Shown here: in pieces, positions 21,672 through 30,473 of the stretch
Numbering within the stretch: position 1 is the first letter of the stretch
Layout of the letters: each line of letters starts with the position of its first letter
DNA from: Nitrosopumilus sp.
Lineage (GTDB): Archaea > Thermoproteota > Nitrososphaeria > Nitrososphaerales > Nitrosopumilaceae
Direction: 5' to 3'
DNA: 64,000 nucleotides
Assembly: GCA_965224195.1 (NCBI GenBank)
Contig: OZ245040.1
Coordinates: 1,600,001-1,664,000 of the forward strand
Translations under genes and position numbers: made by a program
The notes under the pieces: generated by a model
The model's database searches: none
The model's input: the letters and a program-made list of their open reading frames with translations, nothing else
Told to the model about the DNA's origin: nothing

Positions 21672-22094
21672 ATGACAGAATTATACACAATGAATAGAAT
21701 AGAACATGTAATTACCTTAAATGAAATGATTTGTACTGAACTTGAACAGGAATATGAAGCAAATTCAGGGATTATAGTTCAAATATTTGAAGAAATTAAT
21801 AAAATCACTTTCATTAGAGACAAACGGGAAAGAATACTTTCAAAAGCAGCTTTTTTGTTGATAGCTGTAACACGATTAAAACCATTTAAGAGGCAAAATA
21901 GGGCCACTGCTACATCAGAAACAAAACGTTATCTTATTGACAATGGTTTTGCATTACCCCTTAACACAAAACCGGAAGAAGATGAATTTTTCTTACTTTT
22001 AGAAAATGCAAGAACTAAAGACATAGAAGATGAAACAGTTTTAATTGATGTTCTAGAGTATCTGCGAAAAAATGTCATAAAGACAGTTTTCTAA
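21672..22094 (+). CDS. Doc/Fic-family protein with degenerate active-site motif
   Basis: KAAFLLIAVTRLKPFKRQNRATA..YLIDNG aligns by eye to Doc ...HPFxDGNKRTA..FLxxNG. Confidence 0.65.
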   Translation: MTELYTMNRIEHVITLNEMICTELEQEYEANSGIIVQIFEEINKITFIRDKRERILSKAAFLLIAVTRLKPFKRQNRATATSETKRYLIDNGFALPLNTKPEEDEFFLLLENARTKDIEDETVLIDVLEYLRKNVIKTVF

Positions 22095-22237
22095 TCTAAT
22101 TTACCAGTAGCAAAAGCACGAAATAATCGAGGATTTTCTAACATGATTTCTTTGGCTACACGCAAATATTCTTCAGTTTCAGCATCATCGTGTTTTAATT
22201 GAGGCAAGTCGTGTGGGATTCCAGGTTCTTTTTGCAT
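22091..22237 (-). CDS. 48-aa putative Doc antidote, convergent with the Doc-like gene (not in ORF track)
   Basis: MQKEPGIPHDLPQLKHDDAETEEYLRVAKEIMLENPRLFRAFATGKLD; stop codon overlaps the Doc-like stop. Confidence 0.5.
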   Translation of the reverse strand: MQKEPGIPHDLPQLKHDDAETEEYLRVAKEIMLENPRLFRAFATGKLD

Positions 22238-22363
22238 ATTCTAATTTTTAATATCTAGATAATAAATAGTATGTTTAATTTTTTATTTAAACGCATAAAA
22301 TTCTTGAAATTTTTAAATGAATATTAACTCAATTGTGCCTACTAGCATTTTGAAATTACACAT

Positions 22364-22597
22364 GTGAGAAAAGACTACTTGGATAGAATTACCGAGGTGC
22401 AAATTGGAAGCATGTCCTTTTCTGTAGAAACAATAGCAAGATGGATAGACAAAGATCACGAATATGTGTATACCATAAAGTATGGACAAGAAGCAAAGGT
22501 TCATGCTAGAATACGACGAGATACAAATAGAATATTCTTGACTACAGAACCAGATAGTACACTAGAAAACAACTTGGACTTTTTACCAAGTTTTTAA
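22364..22597 (+). CDS. DUF3892-like small protein (5' end possibly damaged)
   Basis: C-terminal FLTTEPDSTLENNLDFLP signature; upstream in-frame FEITHVRKD is preceded by a stop. Confidence 0.7.
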   Translation: MRKDYLDRITEVQIGSMSFSVETIARWIDKDHEYVYTIKYGQEAKVHARIRRDTNRIFLTTEPDSTLENNLDFLPSF

Positions 22598-22661
22598 TTT
22601 TTTCTCAGGTCTCGACACTTTACACTAGAAGATTAGGATCTAAAGCCCCATCAACTTTACA

Positions 22662-23021
22662 ATGCCGAAAATAACAGAGACATCTTTGCAAAATCACAAG
22701 ATCATACACAAGGACATCCAGCTGTTGCAGCCGTTCCACACATACAAGCTGCGGTCAATCAATGTTGGATTGTGGATCTATCAGCGTCTTGAATGCGCAC
22801 ACGCGATGCACACCATGTCTGTACATCAGACACAGGCAGTAGTACCATTTGAAGAATTTTTACAAAGTATCATATTGGAATTTTTAGCAAAAACGACTGC
22901 GCAGATACGCAGCCGGAACATCCCGCAGGACGAGCCGGCAAAAGAAGAAGAACCAGAAAAAGAAAAACAGCCGGCAAAAGGAAAAGAACCGGCAAAAGGA
23001 AAACAGCAAAAACAAAGCTAA
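22662..23021 (+). CDS. Hypothetical protein; ATG lies inside the right TIR, so probably a truncated gene
   Basis: Start at 22662 within aatgcc; C-terminal EPAKGK repeats. Confidence 0.4.
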   Translation: MPKITETSLQNHKIIHKDIQLLQPFHTYKLRSINVGLWIYQRLECAHAMHTMSVHQTQAVVPFEEFLQSIILEFLAKTTAQIRSRNIPQDEPAKEEEPEKEKQPAKGKEPAKGKQQKQS

Positions 23022-23088
23022 ATAGTTCTGCTACGTATTAGGCTGACTTGTCCACAGTACATAAAGGGTAGTTTGGTGTAGATTAGAC

Positions 23089-23280
23089 ATGCAAATTACA
23101 TACAAACTTGAAAAATTACAAACTGGTGGGTTTATGGCTTATTGTCCGGCAATGAAACCAGTAGTAGTAGAAGGTGAAACAGAAGAAGAAGCAACTAAAA
23201 AATTATTAATTGCCGCTAAAATGTATGTTGATCGTCATCCTGAAATCAGCAGTTCGTTAAGAATTTCTAATTTGGAATGA
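23089..23280 (+). CDS. HicB-like antitoxin (UPF0150)
   Basis: GGFMAYCPAMKPVVVEGETEEEATKKL pattern. Confidence 0.8.
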   Translation: MQITYKLEKLQTGGFMAYCPAMKPVVVEGETEEEATKKLLIAAKMYVDRHPEISSSLRISNLE

Positions 23281-23287
23281 TAAAACT

Positions 23288-23518
23288 TGAAAATAAATCA
23301 ATATAATTCACAACAAACATTGAAAGTGTTTCAAACTTTGGGATTTAAAACTATCATAGAAAATAAATTTATGAATTATCTTTATCATGATGGCATAATG
23401 GATGAAATTATTGTAGATAAAAAAACTACTAATATCAAATTCGGTGATTAGTAAATCATTATGTAATATCAAATTAGATGATTGGGTTTTTGATTCATTA
23501 TACGCAAATCTAACTTAA
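23288..23518 (+). pseudogene. Possible HicA-like toxin, frameshifted in an A-tract
   Basis: LKINQYNSQQTLKVFQTLGF... continues in another frame as SVISKSLCNIKLDDWVFDSLY; directly follows hicB. Confidence 0.35.
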
Positions 23519-23522
23519 TTTA

Positions 23523-23957
23523 ATGTTAAGTTTAGATAACTCCGTCAATCTTTTAATTTTATTTTCTACTAAATTCAAAACGGCTTGGACGTACTTGGTT
23601 GAAAGATATGACAAACATATTGAATGGAGTGGTAAAGCAGATGAAGGAGGAATAATAAAGATGGATAAAAGTACAAGTAAGCAACAAGCAGATGCATTTA
23701 AAATTGTAAATGAATTGAGAAAAAAAGGATCAAATTGGCAGGACGTTAATCACATAATTCAAGATCCAACATTTGTAAACTCTGCAGCTGTAGAAGGAGT
23801 ACAAGTTGCAGATGCTATTGCATACTGTACATTTAGACATAAAACAGGTTCTACAAAATTTGAACCGTATTGGGAAAAAATTTATGGTAAATTTAGAAAA
23901 GGGGAATTTGGAACGGTGAAAGGTTACGGAATTAAAGAATTTCCAGAAGAAGTATAA
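23523..23957 (+). CDS. DUF3800-family protein, C-terminal part (5'-truncated)
   Basis: DPTFVNSAAVEGVQVADAIAY and GYGIKEFP motifs; N-terminal DESG segment absent. Confidence 0.75.
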   Translation: MLSLDNSVNLLILFSTKFKTAWTYLVERYDKHIEWSGKADEGGIIKMDKSTSKQQADAFKIVNELRKKGSNWQDVNHIIQDPTFVNSAAVEGVQVADAIAYCTFRHKTGSTKFEPYWEKIYGKFRKGEFGTVKGYGIKEFPEEV

Positions 23958-24045
23958 TCGAGAACATGTAACGAGGAACCCCCCATTGAACACGCTCTCT
24001 CATAGTGCGACCCGCACTACTTGTTACCAGTAACACGTCTGACCC
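23958..24045 (+). ncRNA. Candidate structured RNA 3' of the DUF3800 gene
   Basis: Enclosing helix GTAACGAG/CTTGTTAC; inner hairpin TAGTGCG-ACC-CGCACTA; GC-rich against an AT-rich background. Confidence 0.5.
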
Positions 24046-24055
24046 TATAAGTGTT

Positions 24056-24102
24056 AGGAGCTAATCATAAGGAGCTAATCATAAGGAGCTAATCATAAGG
24101 AG
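24056..24102. repeat. 14-bp tandem repeat AGGAGCTAATCATA x3 plus a partial copy
   Basis: Perfect copies; flanked by inverted GTGTTA/TAACAC. Confidence 0.9.
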
Positions 24103-24721
24103 ATAACACATTGAAAAAAATACATTACGGATTAAATATTAAAAATAGATTTTAATAAAAAACAAATATGGAATAAAGAATTTTAATTTCTAACTTGTAT
24201 TATCTTTGTTCTAGCTATTACAACTCAATCGTTCTTGACACGCATGATTATAGTCATATTGTTTTAAAGTATTACTAGTTTGTAACGCATTTTTATTATT
24301 TTTGAGATCATTATTATATTTCGATTATAAACGGGCCATTGTTATATTATTCTAAATTATTCAAATATCCCAAAAGAGCAAATAGGCCATTCCAAGTTTT
24401 TTTTTTAAAATGCGTTGTCGAATTTGCAGCATTGCTTTTAAAAGATATACAAGTTCTGATGATAGAAGATCTTGCAAGGCATAAAAGTTTAGGATGTGAC
24501 ATGTTTGGATGAGAGTCCAACAAGGAGATATAATGTTTTTTTAGAATAGAATCTAAATGTTGTATCTTCAAAGAAATGTTTTTTGCACGTTGTACATTAG
24601 ATACATCAAAGATGCATTATAATAAAATTAATGATATGTTGTGATGTTTTTTATTTAATTCGTGCCATATCAGTGAGATCAAGACATGTGCGGGATGATA
24701 AGAACAAGCTAGGATCGCCAA

Positions 24722-25069
24722 TCATCCTAGCTTGTCATATATGATTTTTGTAAACTGCCCAACCATTGCAGGGTTTGGGGCCTCGTCATATTTCTTGAGG
24801 GCATGCAGGACCCTCTGATTAATTTTGTACAAGAGCACGGCATTTGCATCAATGACACTGCACGTCTCAGAATCCAAGTCGCCAGGCGGAGTTTTATTCT
24901 CAAGATCAATGCGTCTCTTCTCCATGTGAACCTGGTTGTCAGACTTGCCACAGCTCTGGTCTTTGCACCAGTGATCATTTACTTTGTATATGGCATCACC
25001 GGCTCTGATTTGTGCACTGCAGACCTTGCAGGTGCTGTCAAACCTTGAGGCCATAGATATGACAGACAT
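24722..25069 (-). CDS. Small Zn-ribbon protein, coupled to the upstream nuclease
   Basis: SRFDSTCKVC..IRAGDAIY..HWCKDQSC; start overlaps the nuclease stop at 25069. Confidence 0.7.
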   Translation of the reverse strand: MSVISMASRFDSTCKVCSAQIRAGDAIYKVNDHWCKDQSCGKSDNQVHMEKRRIDLENKTPPGDLDSETCSVIDANAVLLYKINQRVLHALKKYDEAPNPAMVGQFTKIIYDKLG

Positions 25070-25863
25070 TAGTTTATCCTCCTCAAAAACTCTAGATATT
25101 TTGTTGGCGAGTTGTCAGTTGATTCAGGTTCCCAAAACATTTGGATTGTCTCAAGCATCTCATCTGCATAGTCTGCAAACTTTACCTTGTGTATTCTGCA
25201 CTTTCCGTCCTCACATGACTCTATGATTACCAGATTTTCTATGATTTTTTTGGTGGAATCATAATGCATAAAGGCATACATTGCAGCTTGCAAATACCAC
25301 ACATCTCGTCGTTTGCCGTAACGAGGTTTTCGTGTCGTCTTGAAATCAATGACGGATGAGACGCCATCATATGCTGCAATAACATCTGCAGTTCCGGCCA
25401 CTTTGAGGGTGTCAGATTTCATAATTTCTTCCAGTCCCCGAACATCGGATATTTTATTGAGATGTTCTGAAATCTGTGATACATGTGCTGATGCAATCAG
25501 ATCCAGCTTTGTCACATTTAGTCCTGAAAGTTTTTCATAGAGAGCTTGATGTACTGCTGTTCCAATTTTTGCCGCATTGTTTCGTCTGTCCAACAAAGCT
25601 TCTGGTGAGAGATTTACATATCTCATCCAGGATTTGTCTTGCATCTCATTGAGCAGTGTTGTAGCTGATGCATATTTTGTGTCGCCACAAGTATAGTATC
25701 GGAACCGGTCCTCATTGTGTTGCAGTATTTTGCCAGCTGGCTGCACCTGGGCTGTCTTGCATGATGCATTGCAGGGAGAGTTTGATTTCTGTTCTCCTTG
25801 CAAGCTGACAGGATTGTACTCCAAAAGAAGATCGGTTCTCTTGTAACTTTGTGTTTGGTTCAT
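25069..25863 (-). CDS. PD-(D/E)XK exonuclease (phage/RecB/Cas4-like fold, without the Cas4 C-terminal Cys cluster)
   Basis: ASATTLL, GTAVH, AGTADVI..VIDFKT, LQAAMYA. Confidence 0.85.
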   Translation of the reverse strand: MNQTQSYKRTDLLLEYNPVSLQGEQKSNSPCNASCKTAQVQPAGKILQHNEDRFRYYTCGDTKYASATTLLNEMQDKSWMRYVNLSPEALLDRRNNAAKIGTAVHQALYEKLSGLNVTKLDLIASAHVSQISEHLNKISDVRGLEEIMKSDTLKVAGTADVIAAYDGVSSVIDFKTTRKPRYGKRRDVWYLQAAMYAFMHYDSTKKIIENLVIIESCEDGKCRIHKVKFADYADEMLETIQMFWEPESTDNSPTKYLEFLRRIN

Positions 25864-26153
25864 GTTATGGCATAGTTATAGTATAATATATATCTTATAT
25901 CATAACATATGGCATAGCAAATCATATATTACAATATATCTTATAGTGTAAATATGCCAATACGCATAATAAAATGTGAATGCGGACATGAATTTGCAAC
26001 CAAAAAAAATCCAAAGCAGGTCTTGCAATGCAGCAAGTGTGGGATTCATTTTTGCAGGTGTGAGAAAACCTGAATTTTTGAGATCAGTTGCTTATCCTTG
26101 TGAAAGTTCGATTCAAATTAGCTTTCTTTTTTCAAAGCTCCGTTTCCTACTTT

Positions 26154-26333
26154 GTTTTAATGGGGCCTCACCAGGAGGTGAGGAAATTATGAGCCTGTTT
26201 GCTTGCTCTAGCTTCAATATTTTGCTTCAATGGGACCGTAACTTTTTCGTTACGGAAAAGCGTTCTCTCTGAATATCACAACGTGGACAACGCAACACCT
26301 TCAATGGGACCGTAACTTTTAATTATGAATAAT
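26154..26333 (-). CRISPR. Orphan mini CRISPR array: 3 repeats of two types, 2 spacers; type I-G (I-U)-like repeat
   Basis: 26224 GCTTCAATGGGACCGTAACTTTTTCGTTACGGAAA; 26298 CCTTCAATGGGACCGTAACTTTT (then degenerate); 26154 GTTTTAATGGGGCCTCACCAGGAGGTGAGGAAAT; periods 70 and 74 bp; 7-bp stems. Confidence 0.75.
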
Positions 26334-26762
26334 ATGTAATTGAATCAGTTGACAGCTAGGTGTTAGTTCGTCTTTGAGCTAGCCTTTTTTTATTTTCTGA
26401 CAAACATTTTAATTCATATCCTATTCTGTATTTTACTAATTTTGCCAGGGGTTTAACACTTGTACACATCAGCTAAATCCCAAAAATATGATACGAACAT
26501 CAGGCATTGCTCTATTTTCTCAGAAACCATTCTAAAAGTATGGGGGTACAACAATTGTGCCTAACAGAATGATGCAATGCTACAACCACCAAGATATCTC
26601 ATCTAAACATGTATGATCTTTTTGTGTTATGAGTAAAAGTTAAATCCGTATCTAACCAAAATGATTTCGTGCCTATAATTTGGCTTTAGTTGTACGGGTT
26701 TAGCTTTTGTGCGTAAATTATATTTTTGACAAAAAATCATTAAATAATATGTCTATCTATAG

Positions 26763-27005
26763 ATGTACATGGAACAAACAAGCATTGCGGTTTCAAAAAA
26801 ATCAAAAGAGCAATGGGAGAAATTCAAGAACTACCCTGGCGAATCAATGGAGAACATGATTAATCGAATTCTAAAACACCAGAAAGAAGAGGATGAAGAA
26901 CTACTTACAGAAAAGGACATTGCTGAGATAAAAGCATCAGTTGCAGACATTGAACAAGGTAACTACATCACACAAGAACAGATGAAAAAAAAGTACGGAT
27001 TGTAA
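26763..27005 (+). CDS. RelB-like antitoxin
   Basis: N-terminal TSIAVSKK..PGESMENMINRIL; C-terminal ADIEQGNYITQEQMKKKYGL; directly upstream of RelE. Confidence 0.8.
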   Translation: MYMEQTSIAVSKKSKEQWEKFKNYPGESMENMINRILKHQKEEDEELLTEKDIAEIKASVADIEQGNYITQEQMKKKYGL

Positions 27006-27006
27006 T

Positions 27007-27267
27007 TTGACGGTTGTTTGGAAGGTCATTTATTCTGACAAAGCCCAAAAAGATCTGGATCACATTGGCTCAAACATTGCAAAAAAAGTAATCTTATTGA
27101 TGGATGAAATTGCATTGGATCCATATGGGTTGCTTGAAAAGATGACAAACTCACCATTTTACAAATTTCGTATTGGGCAATATCGGGGGATTGTGCATGT
27201 CATAAACGACAAACTCATTGTGCACGTATTCAAAATAAAACACCGCTCCCAAGTCTACAAAAAATAA
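27007..27267 (+). CDS. RelE/ParE-family toxin
   Basis: WKVIYSDKAQKDL...YKFRIGQYR..IKHRSQVY. Confidence 0.85.
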   Translation: MTVVWKVIYSDKAQKDLDHIGSNIAKKVILLMDEIALDPYGLLEKMTNSPFYKFRIGQYRGIVHVINDKLIVHVFKIKHRSQVYKK

Positions 27268-27549
27268 TTTTTACAATTCTACATACTATCATTATCTACT
27301 ATTTCTAGAAAGATTGTAACAAATATCTACTGCAGTTAACCACAGGTATCTCACAAATAACCTTGATAAGGGTTGTACTGTTGATATCTATGCCGTAAAT
27401 AATGATGATCTGCAGTGAGACTGCCACGTTTATTCATCCAGCAGCATAAATTCTAAAAATTTCCAAAAATAATTATTTAAAAATTACATATTATTCAAAC
27501 AGAACTGTTGTCAAGTTAACTATGAATTATTGTGTTGTTATAATGAAAT

Positions 27550-28761
27550 TTAGTTATGTTTTGCCGTCTCAATGTATAAAACAACAGCAATAAACACAAC
27601 TAGAAAAGATACTATTGAAATTATTAGTAATTCACTCATCGATAGTTTAGGTTCAACAGGTTCTGGTGTTGGTTCAGGTGTGTATACAGGTTCTGGTGTT
27701 GGTTCAGGTGTGTATACAGGTTCTGGTGTTGGTTCAGGTGTGTATACAGGTTCTGGTGTTGGTTCAGGTGTGTATACAGGTTCTGGTGTTGGTTCAGGTG
27801 TGTATACAGGTTCTGGTGTTGGTTCAGGTGTGTATACAGGTTCTGGTGTTGGTTCAGGTGTGTATACAGGTTCTGGTGTTGGTTCAGGTGTGTATACAGG
27901 TTCAGGTGTTGGTTCAGGTGTGTATACAGGTTCAGGTGTTGGTTCTGGTGTTGGTTCTGGTGTTGGTTCTGGTGTTGGTTCTGGTGTTGGTTCTGGTGTT
28001 GGTTCTGGTGTTGGTTCTGGTGTTGGTTCTGGTGTTGGTTCTGGTGTTGGTTCTGGTGTTGGTTCTGGTGTTGGTTCTGGTGTTGGTTCTGGTGTTGGTT
28101 CTGGTGTTGGTTCTGGTGTTGGTTCAGGTGTTGGTTCTGGTGTTGGTTCTGGTGTTGGTTCTGGTGTTGGTTCTGGTGTTGGTTCTGGTGTTGGTTCTGG
28201 TGTTGGTTCTGGTGTGTATACAGATTCTGGTGTTGGTTCAGGTGTGTATACAGATTCGGGTGTTGGTTCAGGTGTTGGTTCAGGTGCTCTGACAGATGAT
28301 GGTCTGTTGTCCCTGCCGACAATGGCCTTTAACAGTTCATCCAAATTCATATTATCATAATATACTATGCCAAGCAGTTCCTTCAGTATGATGTGGCCAT
28401 CACAGTATGCCGCAGCAGATTCTACCTGTGCCTGTTTTTGTGATTTGTCGTAACTTTTTATCGACATTACATTTTCAGAAAGCATCTCTAAACCCTCAAA
28501 GCTAAACGCATATAGAGAGATGGGTACGTGTACGGACTTGAAAAGATCTTTCATGCTGGCCTGGGATGTCACGTCAATGCCGGCATTGGATGGATGCCCG
28601 TCTAAGACAATGGAGGCGCCAAGGTTGTCCCCATATGTACCTGCAACTAATACCACATCATTTTCCAGTCCGCACTGGTTGTACAGTAGTAGTATTGGAC
28701 TCACAAGAAAAGAACCATCGTTTTGAACTAGGATATCAGCAATAGAAGTAAAAGAATACAA
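27550..28761 (-). pseudogene. Orphan duplicate of the C-terminal anchor region of 12263..19228 with an expanded PEPT linker
   Basis: 28703-28280 is nearly identical to 12954-12530; no signal peptide; IS end lies just upstream. Confidence 0.8.
27655..28285. repeat. 30-bp ([10 protein letters not shown]) and 12-bp (PEPT) coding tandem repeats
   Basis: ggttctggtgtt units and ggttcaggtgtgtatacaggttctggtgtt units. Confidence 0.95.
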
Positions 28762-28790
28762 ACCAAACTGGTCTACTGTATTTTTACAAT

Positions 28791-29010
28791 CAACTCATCC
28801 CAATACTCCCCAATACATCAGAATTGATGCCAAGTAAACAAATGATAAATAATTATCACGGTTCTTTTCGTATCTGATACTTGTCCTATGAGATCCATTT
28901 TTCAACCAAGCAAAGAATCTCTCCACTACAAATCTTGTTTTTTTGTAGTTTTTGCAACTGTATTTTTCACTGTTGTTTTTCTTGAAATTTCTTTTTGGAA
29001 TACTGCATGG
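28791..29010 (-). mobile_element. Right-end remnant of the IS5-family element also present at 39037-39992
   Basis: caactcatccccaatac end plus reverse-strand KTRFVVERFFAWLKNGSH. Confidence 0.8.
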
Positions 29011-29148
29011 AACAATATTTTTGTTTTAACCAAACCTGGTAAAATTTGCTCATTTTTTAACATATTTAAATTCAAACTGTCGTTTTTCACGATCTTCCTC
29101 AAGTACTACAAAAATGAAATGCAGAATCATAATAAGAAAAAAGGGTGT

Positions 29149-29386
29149 TTATGTTTGGCCTTCAATATCCATCAGGGTTAGAGGTGAACGAATCTTTTCA
29201 ATTTTTCTTATTTTCCAGGTAATTGTTTCTCTAAGTTTTTCAACAGTATCAGATTCGATTGGCCAAAATATCGTATGCACCAAAAGTTCCATGAACTTCC
29301 TTGACACCTTACAAGCTCTTTAGTTGCTGAATAATAGCTTCTTCAGAACCCAGTTCACAGTTTATTAAAACATAATCTGTTGCCGG
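29149..29386 (-). pseudogene. Lrp/AsnC ligand-binding-domain regulator pseudogene
   Basis: ATDYVLINCELGSEEAIIQQLKSL*GVKEVHGTFGAYDILA/ESDTVEKLRETITWKIRKIEKIRS; internal stop, frameshift and lost start. Confidence 0.75.
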
Positions 29387-29470
29387 CTTCCTGGAAATCA
29401 TCAATATTTCACCTGATTATTCATTAAACTAACCACTCAGATCCATGAATCATCAAATATTTCTCATTCC

Positions 29471-29810
29471 ATGAAAAACAAACACCAGCGCATGATAAAT
29501 ATCATGCGCCAGATTCCAAAGAAAATGAATGCTCCGTTGTTTGTATATCCAAAATCAAAGCATATATTTTCAGTACACCAGCACATCATTTTACCAGTCC
29601 TCCGACAGTACGAGTCAGAAAGTTATGAGAGTTTTGTTGAATGGCTGGATGCTGCAACTGAGATTGTTCTGCAATTACAGCTCAAAACCATTCCACATTT
29701 TACAACACTTCAAAAGGCAGCAGCTCGAATCAGTGAAGGAGCATTACACGCAGCAACTGGCAAATTCATCGGAATTGTATCTCCTAATTCCATTTTGCAG
29801 AAGCAGATGC
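29471..29810 (+). pseudogene. Archaeal IS5-like transposase, N-terminal fragment
   Basis: HIFSVHQHII..SYESFVEWL..IPHFTTLQKAAARI; DDE domain missing. Confidence 0.7.
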
Positions 29811-29811
29811 A

Positions 29812-30068
29812 GCAGTATTTGAAAACATCACTATCGCCTGACTCTATTTCATAAGTAATGATGCCTGATTTGTTTGCCAATTCAATAATGGCATTTTTAT
29901 CTTTAAAATCTGCAACAATTTGAGTTGCCACAACTTGTGAAGCAGGACAATTTTCGGGGGATCTAATACGATAATTTCAGTTATTTCATCAGGCATTTTT
30001 TTTGCAGCCTCTGCAATCATCATTCCTAATTGACCCCCGCCAATAATTCCAAGAATCTTTCCCATCAC
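29812..30068 (-). pseudogene. purK: PurK (N5-CAIR synthase) N-terminal fragment, frameshifted and truncated
   Basis: KILGIIGGGQLGMMIAEAA..IIVLDP / QIVADFKDKNAIIELA..IITYEIE. Confidence 0.8.
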
Positions 30069-30242
30069 AAAATAGATGTTTTTGGATTAAAAATATCCAA
30101 CGCTGATTAGAATATTTTTCATCTGTTTTGTAATAGAATTGTTGGTTATCCATAGGTCAAAAACAATGGCAACATGTTTTTTGAGGCATTGGGGAAAAAT
30201 TCCATACGCTAATCTGCTAACGGTCAAATTAATTAAGGAAAG

Positions 30243-30413
30243 TTATGCTGTAATTCTTTTGAATTGTGGTTTTGATTTTGCTTGCATCATGGCATTAGTG
30301 TATACTTCAGCTAAATCCATGCCTTCAGCAATAATTTGCTCGTCTTCAAGTGCAATCCATTTACCTCCAAGGGCATGATTTTTTATGGAATTGGTTGCTT
30401 TGCTCATATTCAT
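30243..30413 (-). CDS. DUF5678-like small protein (not in ORF track)
   Basis: MNMSKATNSIKNHALGGKWIALEDEQIIAEGMDLAEVYTNA... Confidence 0.6.
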   Translation of the reverse strand: MNMSKATNSIKNHALGGKWIALEDEQIIAEGMDLAEVYTNAMMQAKSKPQFKRITA

Positions 30414-30473
30414 ATCTATTTTAGACAGTATAATTAGTTTTTTTCAAAATAGTATAAAAATAGATGTGTTTAC

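Larger units (their letters stand above)
21521..22666. mobile_element. Non-autonomous element (1146 bp) with 60-bp terminal inverted repeats and cargo genes
   Basis: Left end GGCATTGTAAAGTTGATGGGGCTTTAGATCCTAAT... matches the reverse complement of 22607-22666: first 35 bp identical, 54/60 overall; no transposase inside. Confidence 0.85.

Noticed and set aside
25069-25863. Calling the nuclease Cas4
   Set aside because: Lacks the C-terminal three-Cys Fe-S motif and has no cas neighbours; kept as generic PD-(D/E)XK.
25976-26272. 98-aa ORF
   Set aside because: Overlaps the CRISPR-like repeats and has no protein features.
27572-28360. GVGS-, VL- and HQNQ-repeat ORFs
   Set aside because: Alternative frames of the PEPT tandem repeat.
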